Both the position numbers and the translations under genes were made by a program. Shown one piece after another: positions 50,701-64,000 of a DNA stretch of 64,000 bases; the stretch's first letter is position 1; each line of letters starts with the position of its first letter. Origin of the DNA: Catajapyx aquilonaris. Lineage: Eukaryota. Below the pieces are notes generated by a model, which made no database searches, was not told the DNA's origin, and was given only the letters and a program-made list of their open reading frames with translations. The DNA is taken from positions 1 through 64,000 of the forward strand of contig KZ538052.1 of the NCBI GenBank assembly GCA_000934665.2, written 5' to 3'.

Positions 50701-53700
50701 TTCCCTCGAGGGCCTTTGGAGGATTCTCGAATATTCCATGTTTGACACTTCTGGGTGCAAATGGTGGTAATTTACCGTCGTGATTTAGGTTCGGTTTTAG
50801 CATCTGTCTTGGGACATTCATTAAGGACGTCATCAGTTTCTACCAATTTTAGTTTGCCAAATTATGACCGCGAGTGACATTTTCTTAGTGACATTTGGTG
50901 ATTATCAAGCATATCTAAGAATTTCATCAGGCTATTTACAAACTAACACTGTTAAAAATTCCTGCAGAACATTCGCCTCTATACATGTAAATAACGTTTT
51001 TGCATACCATAGTAATTTAGTCGAGCCTTACGTCCCGAGTTGGCAACACAATCTCGCGGCTATAAATCTCCTGACCTATCGGTGTGGCTAAAGCGACTTG
51101 AAATTAGGGCGACGGGGCAGCGTTAACAAGTAGCATTAAAGTCACGAGTCGGAAGGAAATTTCTAGCTTCAACTGATAGCGTAACTTCCAGGAAACTCGG
51201 TTAGTTATAATCTTTTCCGATTTCCCACAAAACGACATCTAGGGTGTGAATGCCCAGCCCCTGAAACGGGTCCATAGAATCGCTGGTAAACCAAGGTGAA
51301 CCACAACATTAAGGCCCTCCCGCACTATCAGTTCGATTGCATAAAACGGAGTTTCATGCAACGAGACCATACAGCGTGGAAGGTAGTTTGAAAGCAAACA
51401 TAAGTCGCAGGTAAACTCCAGTCAATCTAAATTCGAACCATTTGGTAACGGTCTTTAACGACCTTTAACGGTCACTAACGGTCACTAACGGCCATTAACG
51501 GTCAGAATATTTGCTTTTCTTTTGCACACTTCGAAGGTAGAGTGACTGAAGCCTAACAGTCTACGTACAAACACATGTTCACGCGATAACACCACGAGTC
51601 AACACGTCACATGTCATGTTCAAAACTCACTGGACCTATAGGAAGACAGTTTGGACAGTGAATTCAACCCACAAAGCTGCGAAGGGGGTAAGAGATAAAA
51701 GCAGGCAAATAAAAGAAGATCGCTCCCCAGACAGAACTCGAATCACTTTGGACGGAAGACCTACTACTGCTATTTGTTCTAACTACACGTCTCAGGCGAT
51801 GATCTAACTACTACTCTGTCTCGATCACCAATAATAAATCGCCTACGAGTGCACAATGACAACTCCAACACTACGGCTAACCCGTCTAAGAGACACACTT
51901 TGGACGTCACCTACCAATCCACTGCATACCACAGGAAAGAACAACACTATGGCCGTTTGGAGAAATAATTGTAAATGCAGTTTACCATAGAAATATAGGC
52001 AAATGCGACGAGATAGACATAGATAATATAATAGGAGACAAAGATAAATAGAGCAGGCACCAAATTCCTGTAGCAGACAAGACAGACAATGATTAGTAGG
52101 CCTAAGACTAGGTTGTGTAATCGGTAGTAAACCAAGAACAAGCAGTTAATCCTTGCTGTTCATTGTCACCAACAATGAATTATAAGGAGCAACCACTTGT
52201 TCTGGATTTACTGCCCGATTGCACAATCGGGCCTGAGAGAAAATAATATGTATGGTTTACAGGTGAGGCAGTAGAGGCTGCGGAAAATGGGAAAGAAAAA
52301 TGTACATAGTGCAGCCGTGCTTTTTCTGATAAGACACTGAAAAAAGTGCGCAGCCTTCATTCTTTTGATCCGGATCTCATGCTATATTTAATGTCACTCC
52401 GGAGTCCAAAAGGACGCTAATTAACAAAGTTACTAATTAGACAACTTTAGAGGACATGGTGCGGCAAAATTTTGTGTTTGCTCCATCGATCTGCGGTGTG
52501 ACGGATGTGCCGCACAGAAAGCAAGATGAAAGTGTAAGAAGCAAATATGTTGATAAAGTATCGCTTGAGGTTCAAAAAATGGCGGGGGTAGAACCCTGCA
52601 GGGAGGATTCGTGGCATGCGCAACGGTATGCGCATGGCCCTGCAGGACCTTAAAGCGTGTGCGTGTAACGGTCAAAAATGGCCGTTATAACGGTCGTGAT
52701 TTAACTGTCGCACAATGGCCGTTCCTGTGCAAGAATCAAAAGCTCGCATGCGGTACAGAACTGAACAAAGGCTGCGCTCTGTCATGTCCCCTAGTGAAGG
52801 CGATGAGAAGCGGCGACGAGCAACCAACTCTCATTAGAAAGTATGTACCAATCAAAGTGCGTGCCACACTCAACCAACCAACCAACGACCCAGAGACACA
52901 CGGGGGAAGTTCCCCGCAACTCTGGCGCCAAATAAAACGGGGAACCCATCGCTCCCAAGTAAAAGAAGCTTTGGTAAAACGGTTCACATTTCACCTGGCT
53001 CTCCGGAGTTGCAAGGTGAGAAGAGAGTTGAGAAAAAACAAAGGACGAGAGAGGGTTTACCTCTTGATTTTCCTCAGACGCGTGTACCAAGCCATGACAG
53101 CTCGCACATTGGCCCATTGCTGCTCTCCAGCGCTTCTAGATCTACTCCTAGAATCTAGATTAGGTGGTCTGAAACGAAGAGTTTCGTTACTTATGTGCGA
53201 TTTCACAACCAAAATGGCGGCCGGCAGATAACCATCAGGGAAGAACTTAACAAAAACACATTTCCATATAGTTAGTGGAAATATCGAGCATTTTACTCTC
53301 TTATTTCACTGGATAATTTTCCCATACGCTCACATAGAACAGAAGAAATAAGCGGAAATTAAGTGGGTTCTAATTAGAAAATGCTCAAATTTTCCATTCA
53401 TTTACCTAAAACTTGACTGAAAATTTAGAAGTTAAACTTTTGCGAAATATTCCAAATCTGTCGATTCCTGCCCCGTTGGAAGGACGTCATTAGCAAACCT
53501 AAGTGGGCGTCACTTCATTGGGACATTATTTATACCCAAATTGTCAACTTTCGCTAATTAACTGATTTACCCCCCACAGCTAAAATGTCGCGCACGTGTT
53601 TCCACTTCTGAAAAACATGGAAGAAAAAAAGGCCATATTCTTCCTATGCACTAGATGCCCTGAGAGGAGGGGGTTTGCTATCTGCATAGTAATAGACCAT

Positions 53701-54737
53701 TTGCATCCCAGATACACCATCTTTCCGACCAACCAGTCCGGTAACTTTCCTTCCACTGCATGCCAACAATTTCGAGTGCTAAATATGCAAAGGTCTTTCC
53801 CCTCCCCTGTTTCTAGTGTTCTTCCTCCCGGTCTATGTACACCCCCCCCCCCCCCAAAAACCCCTTATATATAGCAAAATCTTGGCATTCCAACACGGTC
53901 TTAAGAACCTGGAAAAGGAAGGAAATATCTTGGAATTAGCAGCTGGAATCATCGGAATTTCCCCCCCCTGGAATTAGAACTATAGCTATAATGATGAAGT
54001 TTCCTTTAGCTTGTAAATAATGCAGAATTGTTTGTACAAAATTCTGAATCTACATTCCGCTAAAGTAAAACGAACGCTAACTTTGGGGGAGGTACGTGAC
54101 AGAGTGCAGAAATGTTTCGCAGGGTATGGCTATAACTGTCAACCTGGACCGGATCATGTAGACAAAAATAGATTTTGCATATTGTGCTTATCCGGTCGCT
54201 ACATAGCTTTTCAGTGTGGCCAAAAACCGGTTGGATGATCGATGATAAATTATTTTAATTTTAACATTAACCCTGCGCCAAGTCTACACGTGACATTACA
54301 AGGTGCTTCATTCTGCTACGATTGTCCTCTGACCTTTACATCCTGGGCCCGGGGCATGATTTTCCCATTTATAAATAGGTGGTGATTGGACAGGTAAGTG
54401 TGTCTCACCTGGGCCCAGGGCTGGGCGTGGGCGACCTGCGATCGGTGGCATCTGAAGACAACCGTTCGTCGTCCCTGGAGCTGGAGGCTGACCTTAGGTG
54501 GTGGTGGTGCGATGGAGCTGGCGAGGAGGAGGAGGATGGCGGAGGGGAGGAAGGATGGGGCGCTGATGGGGCAGCCGAGCCAGTGTTGGTGCTGTCCACC
54601 ATCATCTGGCGCCGATGCCTGCTGGTGCTGGTGCCCCCGGAGGACGAGGTGGTGGTGGCGGCGGTGGCGTCCCCTTCCCCCTCGCCCTCGGCCTCGGCCT
54701 CCGAGGCTGGGGACGCCCGCCCCTCCACCTCCTCCAC
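26707..54737 (-). CDS. Cngl: Cyclic nucleotide-gated channel subunit, Cngl-like, 5'-partial, ~1,982 aa. Exons: 54737-54409, 49297-49156, 43083-42347, 36268-36210, 35543-35482, 35424-35336, 35093-34988, 34909-34755, 33739-33656, 33599-33503, 33401-33172, 32525-32415, 31806-31283, 30940-29942, 29855-28621, 27766-27348, 27277-26707
   Basis: TM/S4 (IIRFPRFLKVYR), pore TLTTIGDLPTP, S6/C-linker IFATIVGQVGNVITNRNANRLEFERLLDGAKMYMRHHKVP and CNBD FGEIGILNLDGLNKRTADVRSVGYSELF. All 17 exons join in one frame. The symbol rests on my recollection of the insect Cngl sequence. The start exon and the exact last exon are uncertain. Confidence 0.88.
38700..40200 (-). mobile_element. Possible highly decayed LINE remnant (endonuclease region)
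   Basis: Only broken motif-like traces on the minus strand (GGGLLQGI near 39740-39765, frameshifted GDFN-like sequence near 39567-39580). Boundaries are approximate. Confidence 0.25.
40555..41010. repeat. 31-bp minisatellite, 14 full units plus a partial one
   Basis: Units aaatcgatattaatctgtgaaatatctcatt and aaatcgatattcattgattaaatatctcatt start every 31 bp from 40555 to 40989. Confidence 0.95.
41820..42090 (+). mobile_element. tRNA-derived SINE with a Deu/Nin-like central domain
   Basis: A-box tggtctggtggttagc and B-box ggttcgaacc (41871-41880), then ttcggaggggaagtaaagccgtcggtccc...gcacgttaaagatcc. Confidence 0.75.
43260..43633. mobile_element. hAT-like MITE spanning an assembly gap
   Basis: TIRs caggggcggatccag / ctggatccgccactg. 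8-bp flanks catggagc (43252-43259) and cgtggagc (43634-43641) differ by one base. Confidence 0.8.
43319..43414. other. Assembly gap (96 N)
   Basis: Run of N next to G/C homopolymers. Confidence 1.
44875..45075. repeat. Degenerate ~25-30 bp tandem repeat
   Basis: Recurring gttagccagtaac(g)gctagtttgac / attttgatcacg units. Confidence 0.75.
45915..46660. repeat. Degenerate ~22-bp tandem repeat interrupted by a SINE
   Basis: Units ttaaaagatttgattcaatgag lie on both sides of the 46228-46547 insertion. Confidence 0.8.
46228..46547 (-). mobile_element. tRNA-derived SINE with the shared 3' tail
   Basis: Minus-strand B-box ggttcgatccc (46490-46500). The tail aatccctatccttaccc...gcaccggagtttgaagaaaa...ggggtac is shared with 9784-9930. 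Confidence 0.7.
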
Positions 54738-55959
54738 CTACGAACAATAACAACAATAGGTCAGTATCTACACTGAAATCATCAACAGGAGATAGAAACA
54801 CAACGTCATTTGGCAATAAAGTCATCGCCATCTGGGTATTTCCAATGGCGCAGTACAACGCCCGAATTATGAGAACGTGCACCCTCCAGAAGGTCAACGA
54901 CGTGTCCTCAACCTTCGACTCCTGCCAATTGCAATCGAAAACTTTTGCAACTCCGTTATGAAATGGGCTGACTCACCAACTTTTTCCAGCGCAAAAAACT
55001 ATCTATATATCATAGATAAGCGCTCACTGTAATAGTGATCCGGACACGTCACCTGCGACCTGACCGCGTTCTTCAAACTTTGGATGCCACATCTGGTCCA
55101 CACAGCAGTGGTTCCAAATTAGCGCAATTACAAAATGCTGCACTCTACCTACACACTCCTACAAAGTGATGTTAATGAGCAAAGAATCGTCTGCAGCATT
55201 TTAATTAAGTCAATGCGGAGGATACTGCAGCGTTCACGAATGAGATTACAGGGATTGCTTCGTTCCGTAATTAGTTAACTGCTACAGAACACCGGTTATT
55301 AACACATATTACGTCAGAAGTCGTTTGAAAAATCTTGAAATTTTTAAAATGATTGGACAGCAAACTTTTATAGCAATTACGACTTTCAGATTCATTCAAA
55401 AGTGATTCTAGCCTACTTTGACAGTTTTGCCGAAAAACACACAGCTTCTTAGTAGCAAAACTAGGGATTAAAGGACAGAAGTCAACATGGATCCGCACCC
55501 TCAACCCTTGCACGGCGGATTAATTAAACCCCCGGGCAGCTAAAAGGGCCTCGGCTCCACAGGAAGCTCTGAATGTCTCGTTCTTAAGTAGCATCTCCAT
55601 CACTTTGACAGTTGAGAAGTAGAGGGGGTAGCTTCATAGAAATAGCTAAACGTGGATACCACGTGAATGCCAAGCAGGTGACATGTGCGCTAAGGTGACA
55701 AGTGTGTCAGGAAGTGTGCCAAAAAGGATCATGTCATCCTTGAGTTGACAACAATGATCCAGAATTGAGTGGGTCGGTGGATAAATAGGGTCTATCAATA
55801 TGGCTGTTCAAAACAGAAATTTTGAGATGACCCACCAATTTACCACGTAGTACTATTCTTCGCCCATAGATGACGCGTACTCCCTCTGCACACTGCTGCC
55901 ACCCTCATGTCATGGGAAAGTTACCGATACTATCAGATTGGACAAATATGCTAAGCTTA

Positions 55960-56244
55960 TTAATTCAATTTAATTTTAATTTTGGTACCCCGTGCTAGGG
56001 CCTTAGGCAGTCTTAGGGGAGTGGAATACCACCATTCGGTGTAGGGGACAGGATAGGGATAATGAGGGGGGGGGGACACTGGTGCATGTGCAATGCCTCA
56101 AATTGGGGGTTGTGTGCAGTCACTCAGGGGGCCCGTTCGCCAAGATGACCCCTAGATGCGGGTCTGAAACCCCCACAGACACCGCACCTCCTCATGGACC
56201 GGACAAGGATAGGAAAGGAAGGAAGCGGCTGTGGCCTATTAAAA
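55960..56244 (-). mobile_element. 5'-truncated SINE (body and tail), same family as 16329-16482
   Basis: Begins ataggccacagccgcttccttcc and ends tggtggtattccactcccct...ggccctagcacggggtacc plus an A-rich simple-repeat tail. Confidence 0.7.
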
Positions 56245-58890
56245 CGTATATCGTCAAAAGTCAGTCAAAAATGATGGTAGAGAACTCGTCACTTTTGAAG
56301 TTGGCACCAACAAAGCAGGAATGCCACACAGTGTACATAGGCAATTGTGGTTCACATTTTAATCCCAAATTCATACACACTTATTCTGGATAGCTAATTT
56401 TAATGTAATTGCAGTTTGATGTTGTGCAATATTGTTCCGAATGCCTCATTAATAACTACTACATGGGCAATGGTGCCACCTGATTTTGCTATCATTATTA
56501 CTATTATGCAACAAATTGAATAGCGTTCCATTAATTACGATAAAATGAAATTCCGACCCACTAACTGCTGAAGAATTAGCATTCCGTAGCTTACATAATC
56601 TGTGCTTTATTAATCTCAATTCTGATCGGATTGTTGGGCACGCAGGGTTTTTGCTTTGTAAGAAAATGTATCCCAATCGATTTTTTTTACAATGACGCAT
56701 TACAATACTCAGTTGCATTGCAAGGAATGTCACGTCAACATCAGCCAAGCATGTCACACATTTTCCCATAAGACAGATCGATGAAGCTTGGTAAAACTAA
56801 TGTCATATTGTCAGAGTGTCCTGTTACCGACTACGTTCCTTAAATTGCCAGAGGGACTAATCCGCAGAAACAGGTAACGGAAACCCTCCGTGCATACAAT
56901 TAGCGTCGAGTGACGAGGATCATCTTCGTATCGAACGACATATCGGTTTACAAGCGCAGTAATTATGGACTCACCACGGTAAAAAAAAGTCAAATGTGAC
57001 GTAGGACAAATTGCAGCTTGGATGGCCAATAATTGTTGCCAATTCGTCATGCTCTATCCAATTGTAAAGCATAACAGTATGAAGTGGTGCAAAATTTTAA
57101 CCATATTCTATGGCGTCATAGTTTGTAAAACTGTACTAGGCCTGTATGAGAAATGTAAATACATTTCGAGTTCATCCATTAGTATGCTGATTCAGAATGA
57201 TAATAACTATGTATGAATCTATACTTTGTTAGCTTGCCCGACTCGACAGAGTCACTCCATAAACCCTCCTAGAACGTGACCTTACTGCCCGAGATATCCC
57301 ACAGCTTCGAGCAAACACGTCCTCCAGTTGTTTCATCGCACAATAATTAATTTCCACCCCCAAAAGAACCTTTGAACTCCCGCCAAAAAACTACTTCCCG
57401 CCAAAAAAAACTGCCCAAGGTCGATAGTATAATTAATCCTTTGAACCCTGATTGGCCCTAGCGTACAATCCACGTCCCATAGACCTTGGTTTCTCGCATG
57501 AAACACTTTCCTACGAAAATCCATCATTAGCTTCACTCTCTCATAGACTTAAACAATGTTCCCTTTAAAGACAGTCTAATCCAAAATTGTTACTTACGCA
57601 CGATCCAATCATAACTTCCTATTAGTTGACGATACGTGTTTGGAGTGTCAAATTTCTTTACTACTTTTTTTGGGGGGACGCCCAATAGTCGGGCTTTTCC
57701 AGCCTGAAGTGGGTGCAAACTCATCCAAGTGGCGAGCTCAAGGCGCAGGTTGAATGGAAGGAAAAGCCGGAAGAGTTGGGCAAATGTTTGCGAAGAAACC
57801 GTCTTTTCCGTCCAAATATGGAGGGCAATGCTCCCACACTCGGGTTGCAATTGTTGACCCGATTTTTCTAGGGAACTTCAGGAAACGTGAAGAATTTGCG
57901 CCTTCAACAATTAGAAAAAATTGTGGACAGCTTCAGAGCACTCAGCTAGATGGCAGCACATTTGCGACTGTGCTGCCACTGGTGGCTCATTTTTAAACCA
58001 ATTTTTGTGTGAATATTCTTATACATTTAGTTGTTGAATTCAGCAACATAGTGACGATGAGGTCAGTACAGTCAAGAATTTCTCTCGGAAATTCCTATGT
58101 AAGTTACAAAGTTCATAGATTACCCCCCACTAGCTATTTTGGCTTCTCACACCCTCCAGGAGGGTCATGCACAATAAGCTAATGAGAAGCTGTGCTTAGG
58201 GCCTGATAAAATTGAATTTTCCGACCCAGCCAACCAGCCACGGGTCCAAAACTCTACAACTTTCAAAGCCACCTTAATTTAATTACAAAACCACCTAAAA
58301 AATTTGCAAACTTTAAAAAAAATCAACGTTCTTTCCTCCATCTTCCCGACAGCTTCAATTTACCTACGGACATCGTTACTCTAGAGGACTCTTTTTACCT
58401 CGTTTCATAGCCAGAGCCATTTCATCTGAAGTTAGGATCGTAAAGTTCGGCCTGTTTTCTCGACCTGCTTTTCGACTAGGGAGAATGTCAACCAGTAGTC
58501 AGACTGAGGGGGAAAAAAAGTACAACTTATGTCATTTTCTGGGCCTTCCGGAGAGGGAGAGACTCTTGGGGTTGGTCAGTCTCCGGAGGAATTCTGGGCG
58601 ACATGAATCCTATGGTCCAACTTCGTTTGGCAAACTTTGAGACAAGTTGGCATGTGGTAAAGTTACATTGGTGGCCTTGGGTCATGTGAGAGTTACGAAT
58701 TGTTAGATCATTTGCATAACTTGTGGGTATTATGGACTTAGGGATGGTTGCACTATTCATACTTCGAGTTTAAGTGATGCTAACTATGAATAGATTCAAC
58801 CTTGGGCCTTAGTCGTGAGGGTAGATGTTTAAAGGGGACGAGAAAATTTCGACCAGTGTTACGGACAAACATATAAATTTTTTACATATA

Positions 58891-59140
58891 CAGGGTGTTC
58901 CTAAAGTTCGTGGGTTGTTTGTAGTTATCACTGATATTCCTCGAAGTAGTTATTTTTGTGTAGCTTGTTGTGCCCCGATTCAGGTGCCTCAGTAGGCCTA
59001 CTATCAGGTGGTCGAATATAGATAGCATTTTCAATACAATAGGGCACCTGGATCGGGACACATCAAACTACACAAAAATAACTTCTTCGGGAAATATTAT
59101 AGTAATTACTAAAAACGACCCACGAACTTGGAACACCCTG
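58891..59140. mobile_element. Tc1/mariner-like MITE, 250 bp, ~100 bp imperfect TIRs, TA flanks
   Basis: TA|cagggtgttcc..aagttcgtggg ... cccacgaacttggaacaccctg|TA. Confidence 0.85.
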
Positions 59141-59883
59141 TAGCTATAATTATGCAGAGGTCGTCAATGTGGTTTTAGAACGTATTTATTAATTGTTAAT
59201 TTAATTTCAGAATATTATTTTGAATTTAGCTGATTTTCACATTAGCATATTATTTTGAATTTAGCTGATTTGAATTTAGCTGATTTTCAAAGTAACATTA
59301 TTTCCTAATTAATTTTAAAATTAATTTATATTAAGGATGCACTATTGCTGATTCCAGCCAAGAGACGGCCCCACTGTTGTGCCACATCGTTAGTAACGCC
59401 ATCTCCTGGCGTAACATCCTGCACCTCAAACTTCTGTTAAACAAAATCTGTCTGGCAGTTAATTTGAACACAGTACCTGCCATGCAGTGCCAGACCATAA
59501 ATTACCTCCACTTGACTTGGTATGCATCGCACCGTGTCTGTAAAAGGACAGCGACCTTCTGGCTGGGAATACTTAATCACCTCCTGAGACCATCCCTTGA
59601 CACGGGTTCAAACCCTGGCACTTTCCCACAGAAAAGAACCTTCAAAATTTTTGATCCCGACTTGTAACTAGTTCAAACCATTTTATTCTGGTGAAGCTTG
59701 TGATCGAATTTGCCACGTGCGGGACTGGGGCTGGAACCGGAACGAGCAGTTAGGCCTCGGTTCTTCTAATCCTAACTGGGCCTGACTCTGAAATTTCATT
59801 ACCCGGAAGGGAATTATAAAGCTGGCCAGATCAGCTCGCTTGTCGGTTCAAATCAGTTGAATCACTTGAATTGGAGCAACAGT

Positions 59884-60302
59884 CATCTAGTAGCAGCGAA
59901 TTTGGCACTGCTACTTAAAATAACACTGTTTTAAGTATCAGTGGAAATAGCGTTTCATTATTAGGTAGCGGTGACAAAATTGAACCTTATTTGTAAGTAC
60001 TTCAGCATAGAAAAATAGCTATTTGTTTTTAGATAGCAGTGACAAAATAGCGTCTTATTTATAAGTAGCAGTGATAAAATAGCGTCTTATTTATAAGTAG
60101 CAGACAAAATTGTGCTTTTATTAAGATAGAAGTGACTAACAGCGTTTTATTTCAAGTAGCGGTGACAAAATAGCGTGTTATTTATGAGTAGCAGTAACAA
60201 ATAGCATTTTATTTCAAGGTCGTAGCGAAAATAGCATTTTATTCTAAAGTCGCAGTGAAAATTGCGGTTTTAAAGTAGCAGTGAAAAAATCTACTACCAG
60301 AT
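59884..60302. repeat. Degenerate ~31-32 bp tandem array with weakly inverted ends
   Basis: About 10 units like aagtagcagtgacaaaatagcgtcttatttat. The ends read atctagtag...cactgctac and gtagcagtg...ctaccagat. Confidence 0.75.
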
Positions 60303-63300
60303 ATTTTGGCTCTACAAGCACGTAATATGCATACGATAGACATAAAATGTCAGATCGAACGCACTAACTGTTGATGTACATCGGCATATCATAAACGCAA
60401 AAATTGAACCATTTTTACTTCCCCATAAACTTGAACCATCAATGGTAGCAAGATGGCGAGCAATATTCGACCGGATATCGCTACCCACTTTTTCAATAAC
60501 AAATTCAAAACTTCAGTAAGGCGTACAGTACACGTGGATATGAATGACATCATGATTACATGTCCCATTTCAGGTGCACATGGTGCGGATTAGATGATAT
60601 GAACCGAGATGGGATTAAATTTCAGGAGCTGGATTAAAATTTGTAATGAGCAACGAGAAGAATTAATGGTCATGTTTTTGCGTTATTAAAATTCTGCAGA
60701 TGTAACCCCAGACATGGAGTGTACAAATTATGACTCGGCTTTCGCATTAATGTTGTTATTGATGTTCCAGTCCTAGGTCTGGTTCAAAAATATGTGGCTT
60801 AACTGAAAATCGGTTGTTAAAATATTTAAAGAGTTAAGCCTAGGATTTCTTACGTTTAATTTATGAGACGAGCTCGGGCTTACATAAGGTGATTATTTTA
60901 TGTGGTGGCTATTAATTTTGGGGAGCTGATGACGCCTAGAACGGGACATAAATCCTTCGGTTGACCAGAAGCGAGGCTCTGGAGGGTTGGCTACAATGTG
61001 TGTTATCAGGGCTTCCAAGCCTTTGTTGGCCCAGCTTTGTTGCACCCCACGATGTCCAAGGTTCATTAACTGTTATAAATAGGCTCAATATTTATCGTTT
61101 TTTTTGTAACATGTAGAATAGACAGGTCCTTTATCCGTTACGTAACGGTTTTAACGGTTTTTCCTTACTTTTTCGTTTAAAGTATTTCATACGTTTTTAA
61201 AGACACGTGTTGCAAAATCTGGCTGCTCGTTATGCCCTGAGTCCAAATTGGTTTAAATAATTACGCGCTTCATTTTCCGAGGGAACAAATTGCTTTACGA
61301 GGGATTACTTGCACCAAAATTTCTGGTTTTCTGCGCGAGAACTGGGTGAGAAAACGCAAGCCTTCGAAACAGTTGTCGGCGAGTAATGAGCCAAAGTTTT
61401 TGGGCCAATATATCCATTTCTTTCCAGCTTTTGTCCTACACAATGCTTGTGGTCCTTGGATGCCGGCCAACTCGTATTGGTTATTGCCAAAATGCATCTA
61501 TCTCCTCCCACGGTAGCAATTCGCAGCATACGCTCGCCTTCTATGGAGAACTATGGCTGAGATGTCATCTCATCCATCGAAAGTGATGGCTTCTCCTTCA
61601 ATAAGACTCAGAGGTGATCAAACGTTGCTGGTTCAGATATTGGTTTTTGGAATGTGGAATCAAAAAAAAATGCCCTTTTGTAGTCTAGATACTCTAGAGT
61701 CTAGACCTTTGGAAAATGCAATCAATTGTATTGTTGCGGTTACAATAATGCCCTGTTGAAACTGGGTGGTCACTTTCACATCTAAAGTCAAAACGTGGCA
61801 CACACGTTATATTGTATGTCGTGGTGCATGTTTGTGTAGACTACTTTTATCAGGGGTCCAATTATTCGGATGCAAAGGTGCAATTTGCACTCCAAAATTG
61901 TTATATCTACACTCCAAACTGAGCCTTGGAGTGCAAAGCTTACACTCCAGTTGACCTGCTTTTTAACACTGCTGAACCCAGTAATTTAAAAAATTAAGCA
62001 CTCCATGTAAGTATAATTTGCACTCCAAATGAAAATCAGGAGTGCAAGCACACATTCATATAGTAATTATTGATGACATCATTTTTGACATAAACAAGTG
62101 TAGGCCTACAATAAATAAAACTTCATACTAATGAAATTATGGCCATTATTACGCACTGTGATGTGTAATTAAATTCAATCCATTTCAGAGTGTTAACAAA
62201 GTAAGTAAATTTAAATACCACAAGGCATAAATATGTGTAAAGGTGCATTATAGATACGTTTGCATATAATTATATTAATATTCAATATTAAGCATAAATA
62301 ACAAAAGGATATGGGGATATCGATGCAGTAGACTACTCGTACTGTACAGCATAATACTATTTATGCACAAAATGATTGTGTAACAGGCAAAGCAAGTTTT
62401 GAGTTAAAACTGCACCTAGCATTTATAATCAATCTAACGCAAAGTTACTAGTGCTTAACATGCCCTTATCAAAACATTACATCTGCATTATAATCCAATC
62501 CTTGTTTTCACAACCCAATTATTTTCATACATCAAAATATCGATTCTGACTCCTTTGATATTCAGCGGTGAACCACACACCACCCAAACAGAAAAAAAAC
62601 TACATTTCCATACATAGTACCGCACGGTGATTTTCCAGGCCCTAATATGTAGATCTGCGCACAACTTCCGCCCCCATTTTTTCCATCATATTTCGTCTCT
62701 TTCACCGTTGATGCACTTGGCGTGACGCTCTTCATTAAAACTTCACCAAGCTTTACCTCCGCATTACATTTGGAGGTTCGTGTAGATGAGTGAACACAAC
62801 GGAACTTTTCCGCCCCATCAAGGCTATGGAATTGTGACGACTCATTCAAAATAGGCCTCCGTCGTTCCCTCAGGACGAACTGAGGACAAACGACAATCTA
62901 CCACATTACCTGACACCCTGAGAACCCTTCAAAAAGCAACGGACACGACGTATCGGCAGGCTGAAAGTCGATAACAAAGTGGGCGGACGAAACAGTTGGG
63001 TCGCTTTAAGAGGCCTTGGGAAACAGTCTTTTTTGGTTAAAAGAAGTCGTTTAGTTGTAAATGAACCGGGTTGGGATGGCGGTGCACTCGTGGCTGTAAT
63101 TCACAGGGACTTAAATCTCTCCATTTATTGGCAAACCGCGGTAAAAAAGGGGGGTTGGCGCAGTATTTTAAGGGGTCTCGGGTTTTGCGACGTTAGGCAT
63201 AATTGAAGGGGAACTCCCCGCATCGTGGGATGTCATTCTGACATATTTATACTCCTACCTGTAGGTAGGACGTCACATAGTCATTTGCTGAAGGTTTTCA

Positions 63301-63388
63301 GGAATTCAATGGGATATTCAGGCCGTAGTGGCTTCAAATGTGCCTACAGCCAATCGTGTGGCTCCAACGGGACTTCAAGGACACTCAC

Positions 63389-63500
63389 AGCCAATCGTCT
63401 GAGTCAAGGACACTCACATCCAATCGTCTGAGTCAAGGACACTCACAGGCAATCGTCTGAGTCAAGGACACTCATAGCCAATCGTCTGAGTCAAGGACAC
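63389..63500. repeat. 29-bp tandem repeat, ~4 units
   Basis: agccaatcgtctgagtcaaggacactcac at 63389, 63418, 63447 and 63476. Confidence 0.9.
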
Positions 63501-64000
63501 CAGCAGGCTGTGACGTGGTTCGAGTGTTTCAAGGACATCACCGCTCACAGCTTGAGTCAAGGCCATTTCCAACCAATAATGTGGCTCCAGGGACGCCTGT
63601 AGCCTATAGCCTTAAATATATGCAGGTACTGCAACCAATTGTAAACCACTTAGGGCCACCCACCAAAACCAATTTCCCTGCAGATGTATCTGTGATCACC
63701 TAGCCAGAATCGACCCCAAAAGAGGGGCCATTCCCCTGTCCCGAAAAGTGTCCCGGTCGGGACATTTGTCTGCGGGGCAACGGTCACGTATCTTTAGAGA
63801 AGCAGGTTCCGAGCCGCTGGTCCTGAACAGGGTGGGCCAAGAATCGGATCCATTTTGAGCCAAAAAAAAGTCCGGTTTTTTTCGCAATTCGGACGGTTTT
63901 CCAGAGAGACGTAATCGCATTAGCTACAAGGGGGCAATTGCATTATACCAGGGCAACAGCTGGGCCTAGCAATAATTGATCGTGTTATAATTGAAATTAA

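Noticed and set aside
51577..51946. Possible solo LTR (TGTTC...AACA with AATAAA)
   Set aside because: No convincing TSD or partner LTR could be placed.
52611..53231. 206-aa plus-strand ORF
   Set aside because: Non-ATG start, no recognisable motif or splice context, and it lies antisense inside a Cngl intron.
62562..62849. Candidate first coding exon of Cngl (MKSVTPSAST...)
   Set aside because: The obvious donor is phase 1 while the 54737 exon needs phase 0, and I recognise no homology.

Overview
This is eukaryotic, most likely arthropod, genomic DNA with spliceosomal introns, tRNA-derived SINEs, MITEs and one 96-N gap. (1) Positions ~1-22.1 kb hold a head-to-tail tandem array of 3-exon genes for ~492-494 aa N-terminally anchored WS/DGAT-family (wax ester synthase/diacylglycerol acyltransferase, HHxxxDG-type) acyltransferases. 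There are four apparently intact copies, one nonsense-disrupted copy and two fragments, in two sub-types. The copies show mosaic exchange, variation clustered near the catalytic motif, GC-AG introns in four copies and several nested transposon insertions. One insertion duplicated the splice donor as its target-site duplication. (2) Positions 23.2-25.3 kb hold a 9-exon SLC22/Orct-like transporter in which one intron is nothing but GT-(ATT)26-ATAG. (3) Positions 26.7-54.7 kb on the minus strand hold 17 hand-spliced exons (~1,982 aa, 5' end not found) of a Cngl-type cyclic nucleotide-gated channel with a ~1,360-aa low-complexity tail carrying a repeated GLPxxQRL motif. The rest is repeat-rich intronic or intergenic DNA. 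All gene models were spliced by eye; no database searches were run.
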